DNA from: an uncultured Gemmatimonadaceae bacterium
GTDB lineage: Bacteria; Gemmatimonadota; Gemmatimonadetes; Gemmatimonadales; Gemmatimonadaceae
NCBI GenBank assembly: GCA_963829055.1
Contig: CAWHHI010000008.1
Coordinates: 377,081 to 441,080, forward strand
Length of the DNA stretch: 64,000 nt
Direction: 5' to 3'
Shown: positions 34,759 to 47,184 of the stretch, one piece after another
Numbering within the stretch: position 1 is the first letter of the stretch
Layout: each line of letters starts with the position of its first letter
The notes under the pieces: model-generated
Told to the model about the DNA's origin: nothing
Seen by the model: the letters and a program-made list of their open reading frames with translations, nothing else
Database searches by the model: none
Position numbers and translations under genes: made by a program

Positions 34759-35901
34759 CTACGCCGAGACGTGAGGAACGGCGTACATCACCGTGTCGAA
34801 GCCGTAATGCCCATGACTCCGGAGATAGAAGTCGTACCACGGGCCCATGTCGCGGACGAACAGCGGAATCTCCCAGAGGTGTTCCGGACGATGGTAGACG
34901 CAAACTGCAAGGCGCGGGTGCGACCGGCTGATGAGCTCTCGCGCACCGCGCAGCGCGTCGAGCTCCGCGCCCTCGATGTCCAGCTTCAAATCAGTGGCGA
35001 GCGTATTCGGCAGGACGTCGTCGAGCGCGACCGCGGTGACGATCTCGCCTCCGCTCGCGGATAGGGAGCTCGCCTCGCCTTCCGCCCCCTGAAAGTTCCG
35101 ATGCTCGAAGTGATCGGCGACCGCACACGGCCAGACCGATACCTCGGCACCGCTCTCCCGCGAGAAGCGACGCGCGAATCTCGCGAGCGACGCGACGTTC
35201 GCGAGGTCCGGTTCGAACGCGTGCACGGTATCGACCGGATACCCGAGCTCCGCAATGCTCGCCAGCGTGTCACCGATGAAAGCGCCACAGTCGATCAGCC
35301 GCATCGGTCCGCGCGTGAGCGGCACGTCAGACGGGAAGTACTGATGACCGCTGCACGGCACGGGTCCGGCGTACGCGGCCCAGGACAGGCGGTATCGGAC
35401 GGTGTCCAGATAGAGCTCGCGACTCGCCTCGTCGGCCCAGAGACGTGACGCTTCGTCGATCCGGTCGGCGAATGCGCCATAGCTGGAGCGGGTGGCAAGC
35501 CAGAAGCGCTCTCCGAAATCGGCCGCGAACGACTCGTACAATTCGGGGACCCCGACGACCCTCCCGTAGCCTAACGCTTCGAGCGTATCCTCGATCTCGG
35601 CCGGATCCGCGTCGCGATTGAACACCGCCACGACTGCGACCGCTTCGGCGCGCTCGGCAAGCGTGAGCGGCTCCTCGCCGGGCGAATAGACGAGCACGCC
35701 ATCAATCGGCGGGCACATGGCTGCTCGCCGATCGAGCGCGCAGACGATGTCGGCGTTGGCCGCACGCAGGACGCGAATCGCTTCGCGCGCGAAGCCACCC
35801 GCGCCGTACACCACGACGCGCTCACCATCGATCGGCTTCCAGGACGATCCCACTGAACGAACCGAATACCGCTGGTCGGTGTGGCGAAGTACCGTGCTCA
35901 T
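34759..35901 (-). CDS. FkbM family methyltransferase with N-terminal Rossmann-like segment
   Basis: VYGAGGF, IDCGAFIGDT, FEPD, KLDIEGAE, LAVCVYH; related to 7941..9147. Confidence 0.9.
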   Translation of the reverse strand: MSTVLRHTDQRYSVRSVGSSWKPIDGERVVVYGAGGFAREAIRVLRAANADIVCALDRRAAMCPPIDGVLVYSPGEEPLTLAERAEAVAVVAVFNRDADPAEIEDTLEALGYGRVVGVPELYESFAADFGERFWLATRSSYGAFADRIDEASRLWADEASRELYLDTVRYRLSWAAYAGPVPCSGHQYFPSDVPLTRGPMRLIDCGAFIGDTLASIAELGYPVDTVHAFEPDLANVASLARFARRFSRESGAEVSVWPCAVADHFEHRNFQGAEGEASSLSASGGEIVTAVALDDVLPNTLATDLKLDIEGAELDALRGARELISRSHPRLAVCVYHRPEHLWEIPLFVRDMGPWYDFYLRSHGHYGFDTVMYAVPHVSA

Positions 35902-35938
35902 CCACGACCTATAGTAGTGGACCGTGGTGTTCGAGCGA

Positions 35939-37752
35939 CTACTCGGACATGCTCACGGCTGGGACAATCATGTTTTCCAGGAATTCCTCGTCGAGGCAGG
36001 AATGGGGCCATGTCCTCGAGCGGGGCTGTAACCATACGTCCATCCGCGAGTCGCTTCGATGAGACCTTCGGGGCGAATGGTTGAGCCAGGTCGAGCATCA
36101 TCTCGCAAATGGCTGGGCCTGGCTCATCCAACGTGGCGCGGATCGCCGACTTCAGCTCGCTATGATCGCACGCGCGACGAAACGGCAAATCGAATCCGTA
36201 CGCGATTCGCTGAAAGTCGGGGAACGTCACTCCGCTCTCTGGCCCTGAGCCGACATCGTTCCCGGGGAAGAAATTGCGCTGCGTCTGTCGGATCGAGTGA
36301 TAGCCGTTGTTGTTGAGCAGAAAGATCTTCACCGGCAAACCGTAGCCCTTGATCGTCTGCATCTCCTGCAGATTCAGCATCACGCTGCCATCGCCCGTCA
36401 CGCACACGACTCGGCGACGACCACCGCCCACACACGCGCCGATCGCTGCGGGGAGATCAAAGCCCATGGGAGCGCAGCCGGAATCCGAGAACAGCCGCTG
36501 GCCATGCTTCAACTTCGCGGCCTGGAACGTCGTTATGCAGGCGGTGCCATCGCCGGTAACTACGATGTCGTCGGGCCCGAGGGCATCGAATAGCGCGTCG
36601 CCAAAGCAGTACGGATTCACGCCGTTGGTGCCATCCCAGTACTCCGGCTGCACCACCGGATAGCGCTCCCGACGCGCGCGGCACCAGTCGATCCATGACT
36701 GGCGGTCCTGGTCGATGACCACGGGCGCGGCGGCGAGCAGCCTAACGACGTCCGCAACGTCGGCATGCACGGGCAGGTCGGGCTTCACCGTGGGCTTCCG
36801 AAGCTCGAGCGGGTCGATGTCCACGATGATCTTGTACGCCTCGCGGGCGAAGTGCTCCCACGCGTAGCTCACCTGCCGAATGTTCAGCCGGCAGCCGAGT
36901 ACGAGGACGACATCCGCGTTCTGCACGGCGAAGTTGCCGCCGCGATCACCGATGGTTCCCGGACGCCCGACGAAGAGCGGGTGGTCACTCGCGATGAGGT
37001 CGTGCGCGTTGAAGCCGGTGGCGATCGGGATCTGGAGCCGCTCCGCGAGTGCGACCAACTCGTTGGCGGCGCCGCCGAGGCGAACGCCAGCGCCAGCGTA
37101 GATGATCGGCCGCTTCGCGCCGAGTGATCGCTTCCATGATGCGGGCGCAATCGGCCTCCAGCTGCGCGGCGGGACGTGCCGGCGCTTCGGCCGCGGCGTC
37201 GAACCCGTGCAGCGTCGAGGGGTCAATGTTCGCACCCTGCACGTTCATCGGAATGTCGAGCCACACTGGACCCGGACGTCCCGTTCGAGCCAGGTGGATC
37301 GCTTTCTCGATGTGATAGCGAATGGTCAACGGGTCGGTGACCATCACCGCGTACTTGGTGATGGATTCGACGAGCTTGACGATGTCCACTTCCTGATCGC
37401 CCAGCTGGCGCAGAGGGAGGCCGGTGCTACGCACGAGCGTCTCCCACTTCACCTGGCCCGATACGACCACCATGCCGAGCGAATCGACCCACGCCCCAAA
37501 GACGCCGGTGATGGCGTTCGTGCCACCGGGCCCCGTGGTGACGTTCACCGCCGCGAGCCGGTTCGTTAGGCGGTAATAGCCCTGCGCGGCGATGGCGCAC
37601 GCCTGCTCGTGGTGACAGCAGACGTAGTCGAGGCGATCACAGCGGCCGATGGCGTCGTTCAGATGCATGGCGCCGCCGCCAGTCACCATGAAGACGTCGC
37701 GGATGCCGTGATCGGCGAGGGCGGTGGCAACGTAGTCAGCGAGCCGCACCAT
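35939..37752 (-). CDS. Thiamine-diphosphate-dependent enzyme, YerE-like carboligase, frameshifted
   Basis: FMVTGGGAMHLND, HHEQA, TTGPGGTNA, RQLGDQE, GDGS..NNNGY, PLEDMAPFL. Confidence 0.85.
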
Positions 37753-38989
37753 TCAATGCTTCCTTGTGTTGGCCGATTCCGCCGGTGCTTCATTCGGCGG
37801 CTCGAGCGTTATCGTCCGGTTGGGCAGGCCGAGCTCACGGATCCGCCTGAGGATCGGTGCCTGGCTGATGAGAGATCCGATCACAATGGGCACCTGAAAT
37901 CGTCGGAGCTGTTCCGGTGAGATGACGGGAATCCCGCCAAGCGTCCGCCCATGGTACCGCGGGTTCGAATCGGCGATCGCGAGAACCTTCGCGCCGCCTA
38001 ACGGCGGCATTCGCGAGCAGCGTGAGCGTCGTCTGCCCTGCGCCCCAGATGACTATTTCCGGAACGCTCGCCAGCTCGCGCTCGAGATGCTCGGACTGTT
38101 CAGCCAACAAGCGCGACGACGCCGCGATGTAGTCGTTCACCGCACCCCCGAGCGCCGTGTCCCGAACAGCCGTCACCGGGCCGCGCTGCGCTGCGCGTCC
38201 GATGGCCCACACGGCCGGGTATTTCGCTGTGGACGACGCGTTGATGGTCTTCTGTTCGACATGCTCGACCTCGAACCCGGCCGCGCGCAGCGCGTTCGCC
38301 AGCGAGACGGCCGAGAAGTGGTTGATGTGCTCGACGTTGAAGTCCTGAAAGGGTGCGACGAGATAGTCCGTATACCTGGAAGCGTCCGGCACCTCCACGT
38401 ACACCGTTCCGCCGTCGCGCACGACATGCCTCAACGTCCGTAACGCGGTTGGAACGTCGCGGACGTGCTCGAGCACGTGCGAGAGAATTGCACAATCGGC
38501 GCCGCGTACCGCTTCCGGAACCTGAAAAATAGTACCCGCGTGGCCAGTGACCCCGGGAATCCTCCCAACCGTCTCGGCGCACGCTGGCGACGGGTCCACG
38601 CCATGCAACTCGGCATACCCGAGAGCGGCCAGTTCCGCCAGCAGGCCGCCGTTCCCGCATCCGATGTCCACGATGCGACGACGCGTGTCACCCAAGGCTC
38701 CGGCGATGTCGATGGCCGTCTGCCTCAGCCGATCGCGATCCCATTGTTGCTCGCCGCCGCCTGTACCGGTTGTGGCGTCGGAGTACTTGGAGAGATCCGC
38801 GTAGTAGCGATCGTAGTCGGCCTGCGTCGATGGCGTGTCCGCATGCACGGAACCGCACTCGACGCATCTGACCACGTCGTACGTTTTCGCGAGCGGATGG
38901 TCGTCGGGCAACAGAAATCGCATCGAGCGTAGAAGCTCGACACTCGTTGCATCGCAGATGGGGCACGGCCGAGCGCTATCCCGACGCAT
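37753..38989 (-). CDS. Class I SAM methyltransferase (CxxC..CxxC N-terminus, C-terminal Rossmann-like domain)
   Basis: CPIC..CVEC, DIGCGNG, HVLEH, EVPD, EHINHF, IWGAG; paralog of 6739..7944. Confidence 0.85.
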
Positions 38990-40079
38990 GTGCGCCTCTC
39001 GCTGTCGCACCGGTGATGCCAGCTGTGACGGCCGACTGCCAGCGATATGTTCGCGCGATGGCGTCACGAACCTCGACCCGTTGAACGAGACCGAGCTCGG
39101 CTCGAGCGCGCGCCGTACTCGGCACGTATCGATGCGGTGTGGCGCCGACGTCCGGCTTCTTCTGCACCTCGATCGGCGCGTTGGGCGCACACGCGTCTGC
39201 GACCGCGCGGGCGGTCTGGAGAATCGACAACGGCTTCCTCCGAGCCGACGTTGTACGCGCCCGCGGCGGACGGATGCAGCACGAGCGTCCACAACCAGAT
39301 CGCGAGATCGGCCATGTAGAGATACGACCGCACGGCGGTGCCGTCTCCACGAATTCGAATCGGACCACCCTTCATTGCGTCGCGAATGAAGTTGCCGATC
39401 GCGAAGTGAATGTCCAACGGTAGGTGCGGGCCGACGAACGCAAAGCATCGCGCCACTCGAACGGACAGGCCGCCGCTCCTCGGCCTCGACAGCCGCGAGC
39501 ACTTCGGCTGCGCGCTTCCCTTCACCGTAGGCCGAGCGCGCATCGGACAGATCCGGGGCGCCGGCGTAGTCCTCACCGACATGACTCACGTCGGCCGGCT
39601 GACGACCGTAGACGGCGCCGCTGCTCAGGAGCAGGTATCGCGACGCGCCCGTCGCACGCGCGACACCTAACGTCTGTCGAGTGCCGTCGACGATGGTGTC
39701 GAACATGTGGCGGTGGTCTCCCACGTGCCCCTGCTGGCTGGACTCCGCGGCTCCATGAATGACGAAGTCGAACGTGCCGCTGGCCGCTCGAATGCGCGCA
39801 CGTCACCGCGGTGCAGCGTCACGCCGCGTGAGGCCGCTGAAATGCGGGAGCCGGTGCTGCGCGCCATCCGGGTCACGCGTCAGCACGACGAGCTCCGCCC
39901 CGAGCTTCAACTGGTCGTTCGCGTGGGCAAACGTCTCGACGAGCCACGGCCCGAAAAAGCCGGTGCCACCGGTGAGGAAGATCCTTCGCGCACGCGCTTC
40001 CGCCCACAGCTCGCGCGTGTGCGCGAGCACGTGGTCGAGGTCTTCTGGGGGAAGCGGCGGAAGCGACGTGAGGGCTCAT
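38976..40079 (-). CDS. NAD-dependent epimerase/dehydratase (YerF-like), frameshifted
   Basis: [54 protein letters not shown]. Confidence 0.85.
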
Positions 40080-41694
40080 GGTTGGCGCGGGACGAGCGGG
40101 TACGTGGCCAGCACGTACCCGTGCCTGCTGAATCGGCGTTCGGGGCCAATGACAAAATCTCGCGCCAGCAGCGTCAGGCCGCGATCCGGCGAACCGTTAG
40201 GCAGCGCGAGGTAGTGGGCTCGCCGGTAGCGGCTCATGAACATATAGGCCGAATCCGCTTCGGCCACGGCGGGAACGATGGCACGGCGCCCGTCAAACGT
40301 TCGCCGGTTCGTCGATCGATCCAACAGGCTGATCGCGAACCAGTTCGTCGAATCCGGCAGCACGATCAGAAGTCGAATCGCCGGGCACGATGCTCTCGAG
40401 CGCATCCGACATCAGGCGCTCCAGGTTCGTGAACTCGGGACTGTACACCAACTGGTCTCGGCCCGACCCACAGCACTCATGGGTGATGGACGTCATTCGC
40501 AGCATCTCGTGGTCGCCAAACGCGAACGTGCCGTAAGTACGGCTTGCGAGATGGGATCGATCGTTCTCAGGTTCGATGCGGCGAGCAGGAGGCACAGCGC
40601 CGTCAGTATGCCGCGTCGCAACGGGCGCGCCGAGCCGTAGCGCCTGCAGCGCGGCGAAGAGCGGCACGAGCGACAACGCGATCACGGGCAGCAGGTATCG
40701 GCTATTCGCGTACGACGCGAAGCGCGTGAGCGCAAAGGCGGAGACGAACGCCACAGGGTGCACGAAGCCAGCGGGGTCGAGCCAAAGCGGACCACTTCGC
40801 CAAGGAGATCGGTGGACACCCGTTCGCCTCAGCGCCGCGACGATCGGCGACGGCGACGATCAACGTCGTGATCCACGCGAAGTTCAGGATGGACATGATC
40901 GTCAGGTAGCTCGCGAGGTAGCGATCGATACGTGGCACGAGCAGCTGACGCACGAGCGACTGACCGATCATCGCGGTGCCGGCGTTCCACACCACCGCTT
41001 CGCTGGCTGGAATGAGCTGACGGCGAATCAAGAGATACGCGGCGAACACCACACCCGGGATCGTGAGCGGCGCGAGCGCGAGGACGGAAACGACTCGGTC
41101 GCGGGCGGAGCCCGGCGTGCGCACGAGCGTCCACAGCCCGTACGTCGCGAGCAGCACGGCATACAGGAGGACGCCTGTTTCCTTCGTGAACGCGAGCGCG
41201 ATCCCCACAACGATCAGCCACAGCGTGCGCCGCTCCAGCAGCAGGACGACGCACCAGAGAAACGCCGGACACGACGGCGAGGTCCAGCCCTGGCTGCACG
41301 GCCGACGCCAGGAGCGAGGGCTGCAACGCGAACGCCGCCGTGAGCAACGCATGGTCGACGCTCTGGGCCGAGGGAAACGTTAGGCGGGCAAGGCGGTGGA
41401 AGGCACCGCGGCGGCGGCGACGAGCGCGGCGCCAAGCAGCAGCGTCGGCCAGAAGCTGCCGGGAGCGAGTGCCTGTGCCGCAATGGCCAGCGCCGCGTAG
41501 GCGTGTGATGCGTGACCGGCGAGTCGCAGCGACCCGAGCGTCGGCGGCCATTGCACGGCGTTGTTCACGGCCGACGCGTAGATGAAGCCATCCCACATCG
41601 GGACGTACGAGAGGCGCGAGCCCAGAATCGCGGCGACGGCGACGACGGTCGCGACCAGCACCGCGATCGACCCGCGTTGGGTTTTCACGAGCAC
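40076..41694 (-). CDS. Putative GT-C glycosyltransferase (WDG/ECC family, copy 2), frameshifted
   Basis: YVPMWDG, QPGLD, FTKETG, HECCGSGRDQLVY, LALPNG; stop overlaps the ATG of the epimerase. Confidence 0.65.
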
Positions 41695-41733
41695 GCCGCG
41701 AGCGCCTCTGGAAGCGGAGAGTTGTCACGAGAA

Positions 41734-41999
41734 TCAATCCGGGCGCAGGGTCATGGCGTAGTAGGACATGGCATACGGCCCGCGACGGACGACGCGCTCC
41801 GGTCCGAAGACGTAGGGCGCGAGACGTCTCGCATGGCCGCGGGCGCGTTGCCGTTCGGCAGCGCGAGAAACCACGCCGAGTCGGGCATCACCGCGTACAC
41901 GTACATCGCGCCGTGAACCAAGGCGGTTGGGCGGAACGCGCTCGAGTCGCGGCGACTCACCGCGATCGACAGTCGCTTGTCCGTCGTGTCTGTGGCCAT
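41734..41999 (-). pseudogene. Internally deleted WDG/ECC family paralog (N-terminal ~14 aa joined to C-terminal ~70 aa)
   Basis: MATDTTDKRLSIAV resembles the paralog N-termini (ERISIAL, RGSIAV); it is followed directly by ..WFLALPNG..FGPERVVRRGPYAMSYY, which matches the paralog C-termini. Confidence 0.65.
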
Positions 42000-42143
42000 G
42001 AGACGTGCGGGCGGCGAGAGCAAGCGGAGACCGCCCGACATGGGAGGCGATCGAGAGGACGGCGTAATGTCGGCCCTGTCCGCCGCTTTCTCCAGCCCCG
42101 CTCGATCGCGACGTGTCCGAACGACGCGCTGGTTCGCCATCGA

Positions 42144-43827
42144 TCAACGGCGTCAGCGAGTACACCGACAGCCAATAGCCGCCGCGTCGAAAGCGATGCT
42201 CGGGCCCGATGGCGAACGCGCTCGCGAGATCGCGAAGTCCGCGGGCTGCCGCACCGTTAGGCAGCGCCAGATAGTACGCGTGGCGCCACTGGCGAGCGTA
42301 GGCATGGACGGAATCGGGCCGCGTCTCGACGACGATCAGGCTCCGCGCATTGTCGCGCGCAGTGGTACGGCGATTCGTTCGCACGTCGAGCCGGGGGACG
42401 AGATACCAGTCGGTCGAATCCGGAACCATGATCAGCGTGGAGTCTCTGGGCACGAGCGTCGTCATCGCGGTGTTCATCAACGACTCCAGCTCGGTGAACT
42501 CGAGATTGTACACGAGCTGATCGCGACCGGCAGCGCAGCATTCGCCGGTGATGGACGTCATGCGCAGCATCTGCCGGTCGCCGAAGTCGAACGTGCCGTA
42601 CACCCACCGTGAGACCGGGTCGACCGTTCGAACCGCGGACACGATGAGCAGCACCGCGTACGAACCGAGCATCGCCTGGCGTCCGCGACCAGGAACACGC
42701 AAAGCGAGGAGCGCCGTGTATAACACGATGACAAACAGGGGCATCACCCCCAGCAGATAGCGGCTGTTCGTGAATGTCGCGACGCGCGTCAGCAGGTAAC
42801 CCGAAACGATCGTCAACATTACGAGTAGCCCGGGAACGGTGGCGAGCTTGTCGAGCGTCGCTTGCCAGCGCGCATGCAACGATCTGGCGCTCCCAATGCT
42901 CCGCGCGGTCACGACCGTGCCTCCCGCGATCACCGCCGTCGCGATCCACGCGAAGTTGAGCACCAGGACATTCGCGACGTTGCTCAAGAGGAACCGGTCG
43001 ATTCGTGGCACAATCAGTTGCCGAAGCAGCGACTCATTGCGCAACGCCGCGTACGTCCAGACTACCTCCTCGCCCGCCGGCCTCGTGTACTTGCGGTAGA
43101 ACAGGTACGCGACGAAGACGACCAGCGGTATCGCGAGAGGGGCGACGCGCACGACGGTGCGAACGTACCCGCGCAGTGTCGCGTCGCTCCTGAGCAGCGA
43201 CCACACCCCGTAGCTCGCCACGAGTGCGGTGTAGAGCAGCACGCCGGTTTCCTTCGTGAAGGCCAACGCGGTGGCAACGAGAATGGCCGCGACACGTCGC
43301 CCCTCGAGAACCCAGACGATCGACCACACGAACGCCGGCACCAGAGGCAAGTCGATCCCGGGCTGCATGACAGCCGCCAGCAACGTCGGTTGCGCCAGGA
43401 AGATCGCCGTGAGCAGCGCACGGTCGAGACGATGCGCCGGTCCGGGATAGGCAATCGATACCAGACGGTAGAAACCGAGGACGGCCGTGTACAGCAGCGC
43501 GATGCTCAGGACGAACAACGGCCAGCGACTGTTGATGGCGAGCGCCTGCACCGCGATGGCAAGAGCGGCGTACGCCTGCGACGCATGCCCCGCGAGCCGC
43601 AGCGAACCGATCGTGGGGGACTTCGCAGCCTCGTTGATCGCCTCGGCGTACACGAACCCGTCCCAGATCGGGACGTAGGATGCGCGCGAGAGGAGCAACC
43701 CGAGGACCGCGAGCACGGCCGCCCAGAGGACGGCCGTGGATACGCGATCTCGTGGTACAGCGAGATTCCGTGTTCGATCAAGGAGCCGAGGTGCGGCGCT
43801 CCCTGATGGGGCAGACGATATTGCCAA
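42144..43827 (-). CDS. Putative GT-C glycosyltransferase (WDG/ECC family, copy 3); true stop probably near 42144
   Basis: YVPIWDG, QPGIDLP, FTKETG, GECCAAGRDQLVYN, LALPNG; the predicted ORF reads through to 41734, but homology ends near 42150. Confidence 0.65.
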
Positions 43828-43931
43828 CAGGCCGCCTTGGCGCTGGAGCCAGCGGGCAGCGCAATCTCTGCACCAATGAGCTCAGCGCTAACGTAGAACC
43901 CGCTTCATCGACGCGAAAACGCGCCGATCGC

Positions 43932-46635
43932 TCAGCCGTTTCGAAGCGCCTCGACAGGGTCGACGCTCATGGCACGCCTCGCCGGCACCCAGCTCGCCGC
44001 GGCCGCGAGCAGCACGAGTCCCATCGGCGACGACGACCAGCGTGACCGGATCGGTCGGCTGCACCTCGAACAGGAGCGATTGCATGAGACGCGTCGTCGC
44101 GAGCGCGCCGGCCACGCCCACGATCACCCCGATGAGCGCCAGCCGCACGGACTGCATCACGATCATGCGACCCACCTCGCCGCGCTGCGCGCCGAGGGCG
44201 ACGCGGATGCCGATCTCGCCGCGTCGCTCGCCGACGACGTAGGACACGACCCCATACAGCCCGATCGCGCTGAGCATCAACGCCATCGCCGACGCGATGC
44301 CGAGCAGCGTGAGGGTGAACGAGCGCTTGGCCATCGAGCGCGCGACGACCTGCTCCATCGACTCCTCGTTCGCGATCGGCACCTGGGCGTCGAGTGCATT
44401 GATCGCGCGGCGCACGGCCGGCGCGAGCGCGCGCACGTTGCCGCTCCGGGAACGCACGATGACTCCCATGTACCGCGGCGTGACCCTCGAGGCCCCCGTC
44501 CGCCAGTGCGATCATCGGGAAGTACACGACCTGCGTCACCGGCTGGTCGAAGCCGTTACCGCGCACGTCGTCGCTCACGCCGACGATCCGGTACCAGTCC
44601 TTGCCCGGTTGGCAGCAACGGATCCCCTTCCCGATCGGATTCTCGCCGGGCCAGAATCGCTCGGCCAGCGCGCGCGAGATCACGACCGGAGCCGCGCCGT
44701 TGTCCGTCTGCGCCCACGTGGGCGCCGCGCCCTCGACGCGGATGCCGAGCGCGTCGAAGTAGCCGGGCGCGACGCGCAGCGTGACGATGCACGCGCTCTT
44801 CATTTCCTCGCGCGACGGCGCCTCGGTGACGACGCCCGTGCACCCAGTGGTCATCTCGGGGCGGTATCTGGTCCCCGAAGCCGACGCTCTTCACGTCAGG
44901 CAGCTGCTTCAGCTGCGTGGCGAGCTGCTCGAAGAATGCCGAGGCCGTCTGGTCGTTCGCATAGCGTGCCGCGGGCAGGGCGACGGCCATGGTGAGGACG
45001 CCATTCGGATCGAAGCCGGGTTGCACGGCGCGCAGGTTGCGGAAGCTGCGCACCATGAGGCCGGCGGCCGCGAGCAGTACGAGCGCAAGCGCGACCTGCC
45101 CCGCAACCAGGACGCCGCGCACGGCATTCCGGCGGCGGCTCGTCGTGAGCGTACGCGAGCCCTCGCGCAGCGTGCGGACGTCCACGCGCGCGTTGACGAT
45201 CGGGATGAGCGCGAAGCAGGCGCCGGTCACGAACGCGAGCACGGCAGCGATCCCGATGCTTGGCCAGCCGAGCCGGACTTCCGCGAGCCTCGGGATCCCA
45301 TCAGGCGCGCCAGCGATCAGTGCGTGCAGCCCGGCCCACGCCAGCGCGACACCTAACGCCGCTGCCGACAGCGACAGCACGAGCCCCTCGGCCAGAAAAT
45401 GCGTGGCGATGTGCGATCGGTCGGCGCCGAGCGCCATGCGCATGGCGAGCTCGCGGCGGCGGGCGTCGAGGCGAACGAGGAACAGGTTCGCGACGTTCGC
45501 GGCGGCAACGAGGAACACGCAGGGCGACCGATGCGAGCAGGATCCACAGCGCGCGTGTGACGACGGGCCCGACGACCCAGTCGCGCAGCGGCGTGACGGC
45601 GGTCGAGAACCCGGTGTTCGCCATGAACTTCTCGGTGTAGATCGTCGGGAACACTTCGCCGAATCGCTTGACGAGCGTTCCGAGCTCGCGCTCCAGCGCG
45701 GGCGCGTCGTAGCCCGGGCGCAGGCGTCCGATGGCGCTCCACGTGTGGTTGTTCCGCGGCGGCATGTTCGGGTCGATGTTCGCGGGCATCCAGAGATCGA
45801 CCTTCGCGTCAGGCAGGTTGGCGCCCTGCGTCGAGCACGCCGACGACCTCGATCGCGAGACCTTCGACGGAAATGGTCTTGCCGACGATGGACCGATCGC
45901 CGCCGAAGCGGCGCAGCCAGAAGTCGTACCCGAGGAGCGACGACGCGCGGCTTTCCCTGGAGGTTGTCCTCGGGTGTGAGGAGTCGGCCGGTGTACGGAC
46001 GGAAGGCCAGCACGTTCAGGAGCGTCGAGCTGATGTTCGCGACGCTGACGCGCTCGGCCCCACCACTCCCGTCGCCGGTGACGGTGCGTCTCACCGTTCT
46101 GGTAGAGCCCGAGGTCCTCGAGGCCGCGCGCGTTCTGCTTGAAGTAGAACATCTCGTGGCGGCCGAGCCACCAGCGGGTGTCCTTGCCCATGCCGGGCAT
46201 GGGCGAGTCGATGTAGACGAGGCGGTCGGCGTTCGCGTACGGCAGCGGGCGCAGGATGACGGCGTCGAGCACGGTGTAGATCGCGGTCGTGGCGCCGAGG
46301 CCTAACGCGAGCGTGAGGATGGCGGGGATGGTGAACGCGGGGTGGCGCACGAGACGGCGCAGGGCGTGGCGGATCTCGTCGGACATGACACTCCTCCATT
46401 CCGAGCGGGCTCGGTGGGTGAGGATACGCTGATCGATGTCACGGAGGCCGGCGCTGATCTGGTCGACGTCGCCGAACTCGCGCTGGGCTTGACGCTGGGC
46501 TGCTGCTGGGGTCATGCCAGCTGCTATCAGGTCGGCGGTGCGCTCGTCGAGGTGGAAGCGCAGCTCGTCGTCTACATCTCGTCTGACGTTAGGTTTCCAG
46601 AACGTCAGGTAACGGCGCCAACTCGGAGTCGACAT
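43932..46635 (-). CDS. Duplicated orphan ABC permease (ADOP/MacB-like), frameshifted
   Basis: DDELRFHL, ILTLALGLGATTAIY..LRPLPY, ANVANL..RRRELAMRMALGA, PGFDP, GLYGVVSY..RRGEIGIRVALGA. Confidence 0.9.
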
Positions 46636-46639
46636 AGCT

Positions 46640-46800
46640 CCTTGTGTTGCTGTTGACTGCGCTGACTTGCCGACGGCTGCATGCTGCGGCCGCACGCTGC
46701 CCGCTGCTGCCAATACCGCCCGGTCACGCCACGCGCTGCTCGCTGCTCGCAACGGCAACCAGCGTCACCCAGCAACAAGCACGAGCACCCAGCAACCAGC
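46640..46800. repeat. Degenerate heptamer-like intergenic repeats
   Basis: Recurrent CAGCAAC / GCTGCTC / CACNAGC units between PadR and the permease. Confidence 0.4.
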
Positions 46801-47139
46801 CTACGTAGTTTCGAGTCGCATGACGCCCGCCACCGCCGCCACGTACTGGTTCCAGCCTTCGGTTTCCGTGCGCAGCGCTTTGCGTCCGACACTCGTTATG
46901 CGGTAGAACTTCGCGCGTTTGCCCTTGTCGGACGTGCCCCACTCCGACTCCACCCAGCCCTTCTCTTCCATCCGGTGGAGCGACGTGTACAGGGCGCCGT
47001 CCAGGATGCGGAAGGCATCGTTCGAGCCTTCCCGGATGAAGCGGGCAACGGCGTAGCCGTGTTTCGGGCCCCATGACAGGGCGCGGAGCACGAGGACATC
47101 GAGCGTGCCCTGCAGGAGTTCGAGTTCGCGCGTAGTCAT
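46801..47139 (-). CDS. PadR family transcriptional regulator (ADOP-associated type)
   Basis: LLQGTLDVLVL..GPKHGY..GALYTSLHRME..W..RAKFYRIT; directly upstream of the permease. Confidence 0.9.
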   Translation of the reverse strand: MTTRELELLQGTLDVLVLRALSWGPKHGYAVARFIREGSNDAFRILDGALYTSLHRMEEKGWVESEWGTSDKGKRAKFYRITSVGRKALRTETEGWNQYVAAVAGVMRLETT

Positions 47140-47153
47140 GCGTGAGACGATAG

Positions 47154-47184
47154 CCTCAGGTGTTGATTCAATCAAGTGTTGAGG
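47154..47184. promoter_or_regulatory. Palindromic operator candidate upstream of PadR
   Basis: CCTCA-ggtg-TTGATTcAATCAA-gtgt-TGAGG dyad about 15 nt before the PadR ATG. Confidence 0.5.

Noticed and set aside
41378..46307. CCTAACG as a single-base basecalling artefact
   Set aside because: Conserved Leu is encoded as TTA at 46301 (TLALG) and as CTA at 41378; no single substitution at the variable base preserves both. Unlikely, though not excluded without accurate reads.
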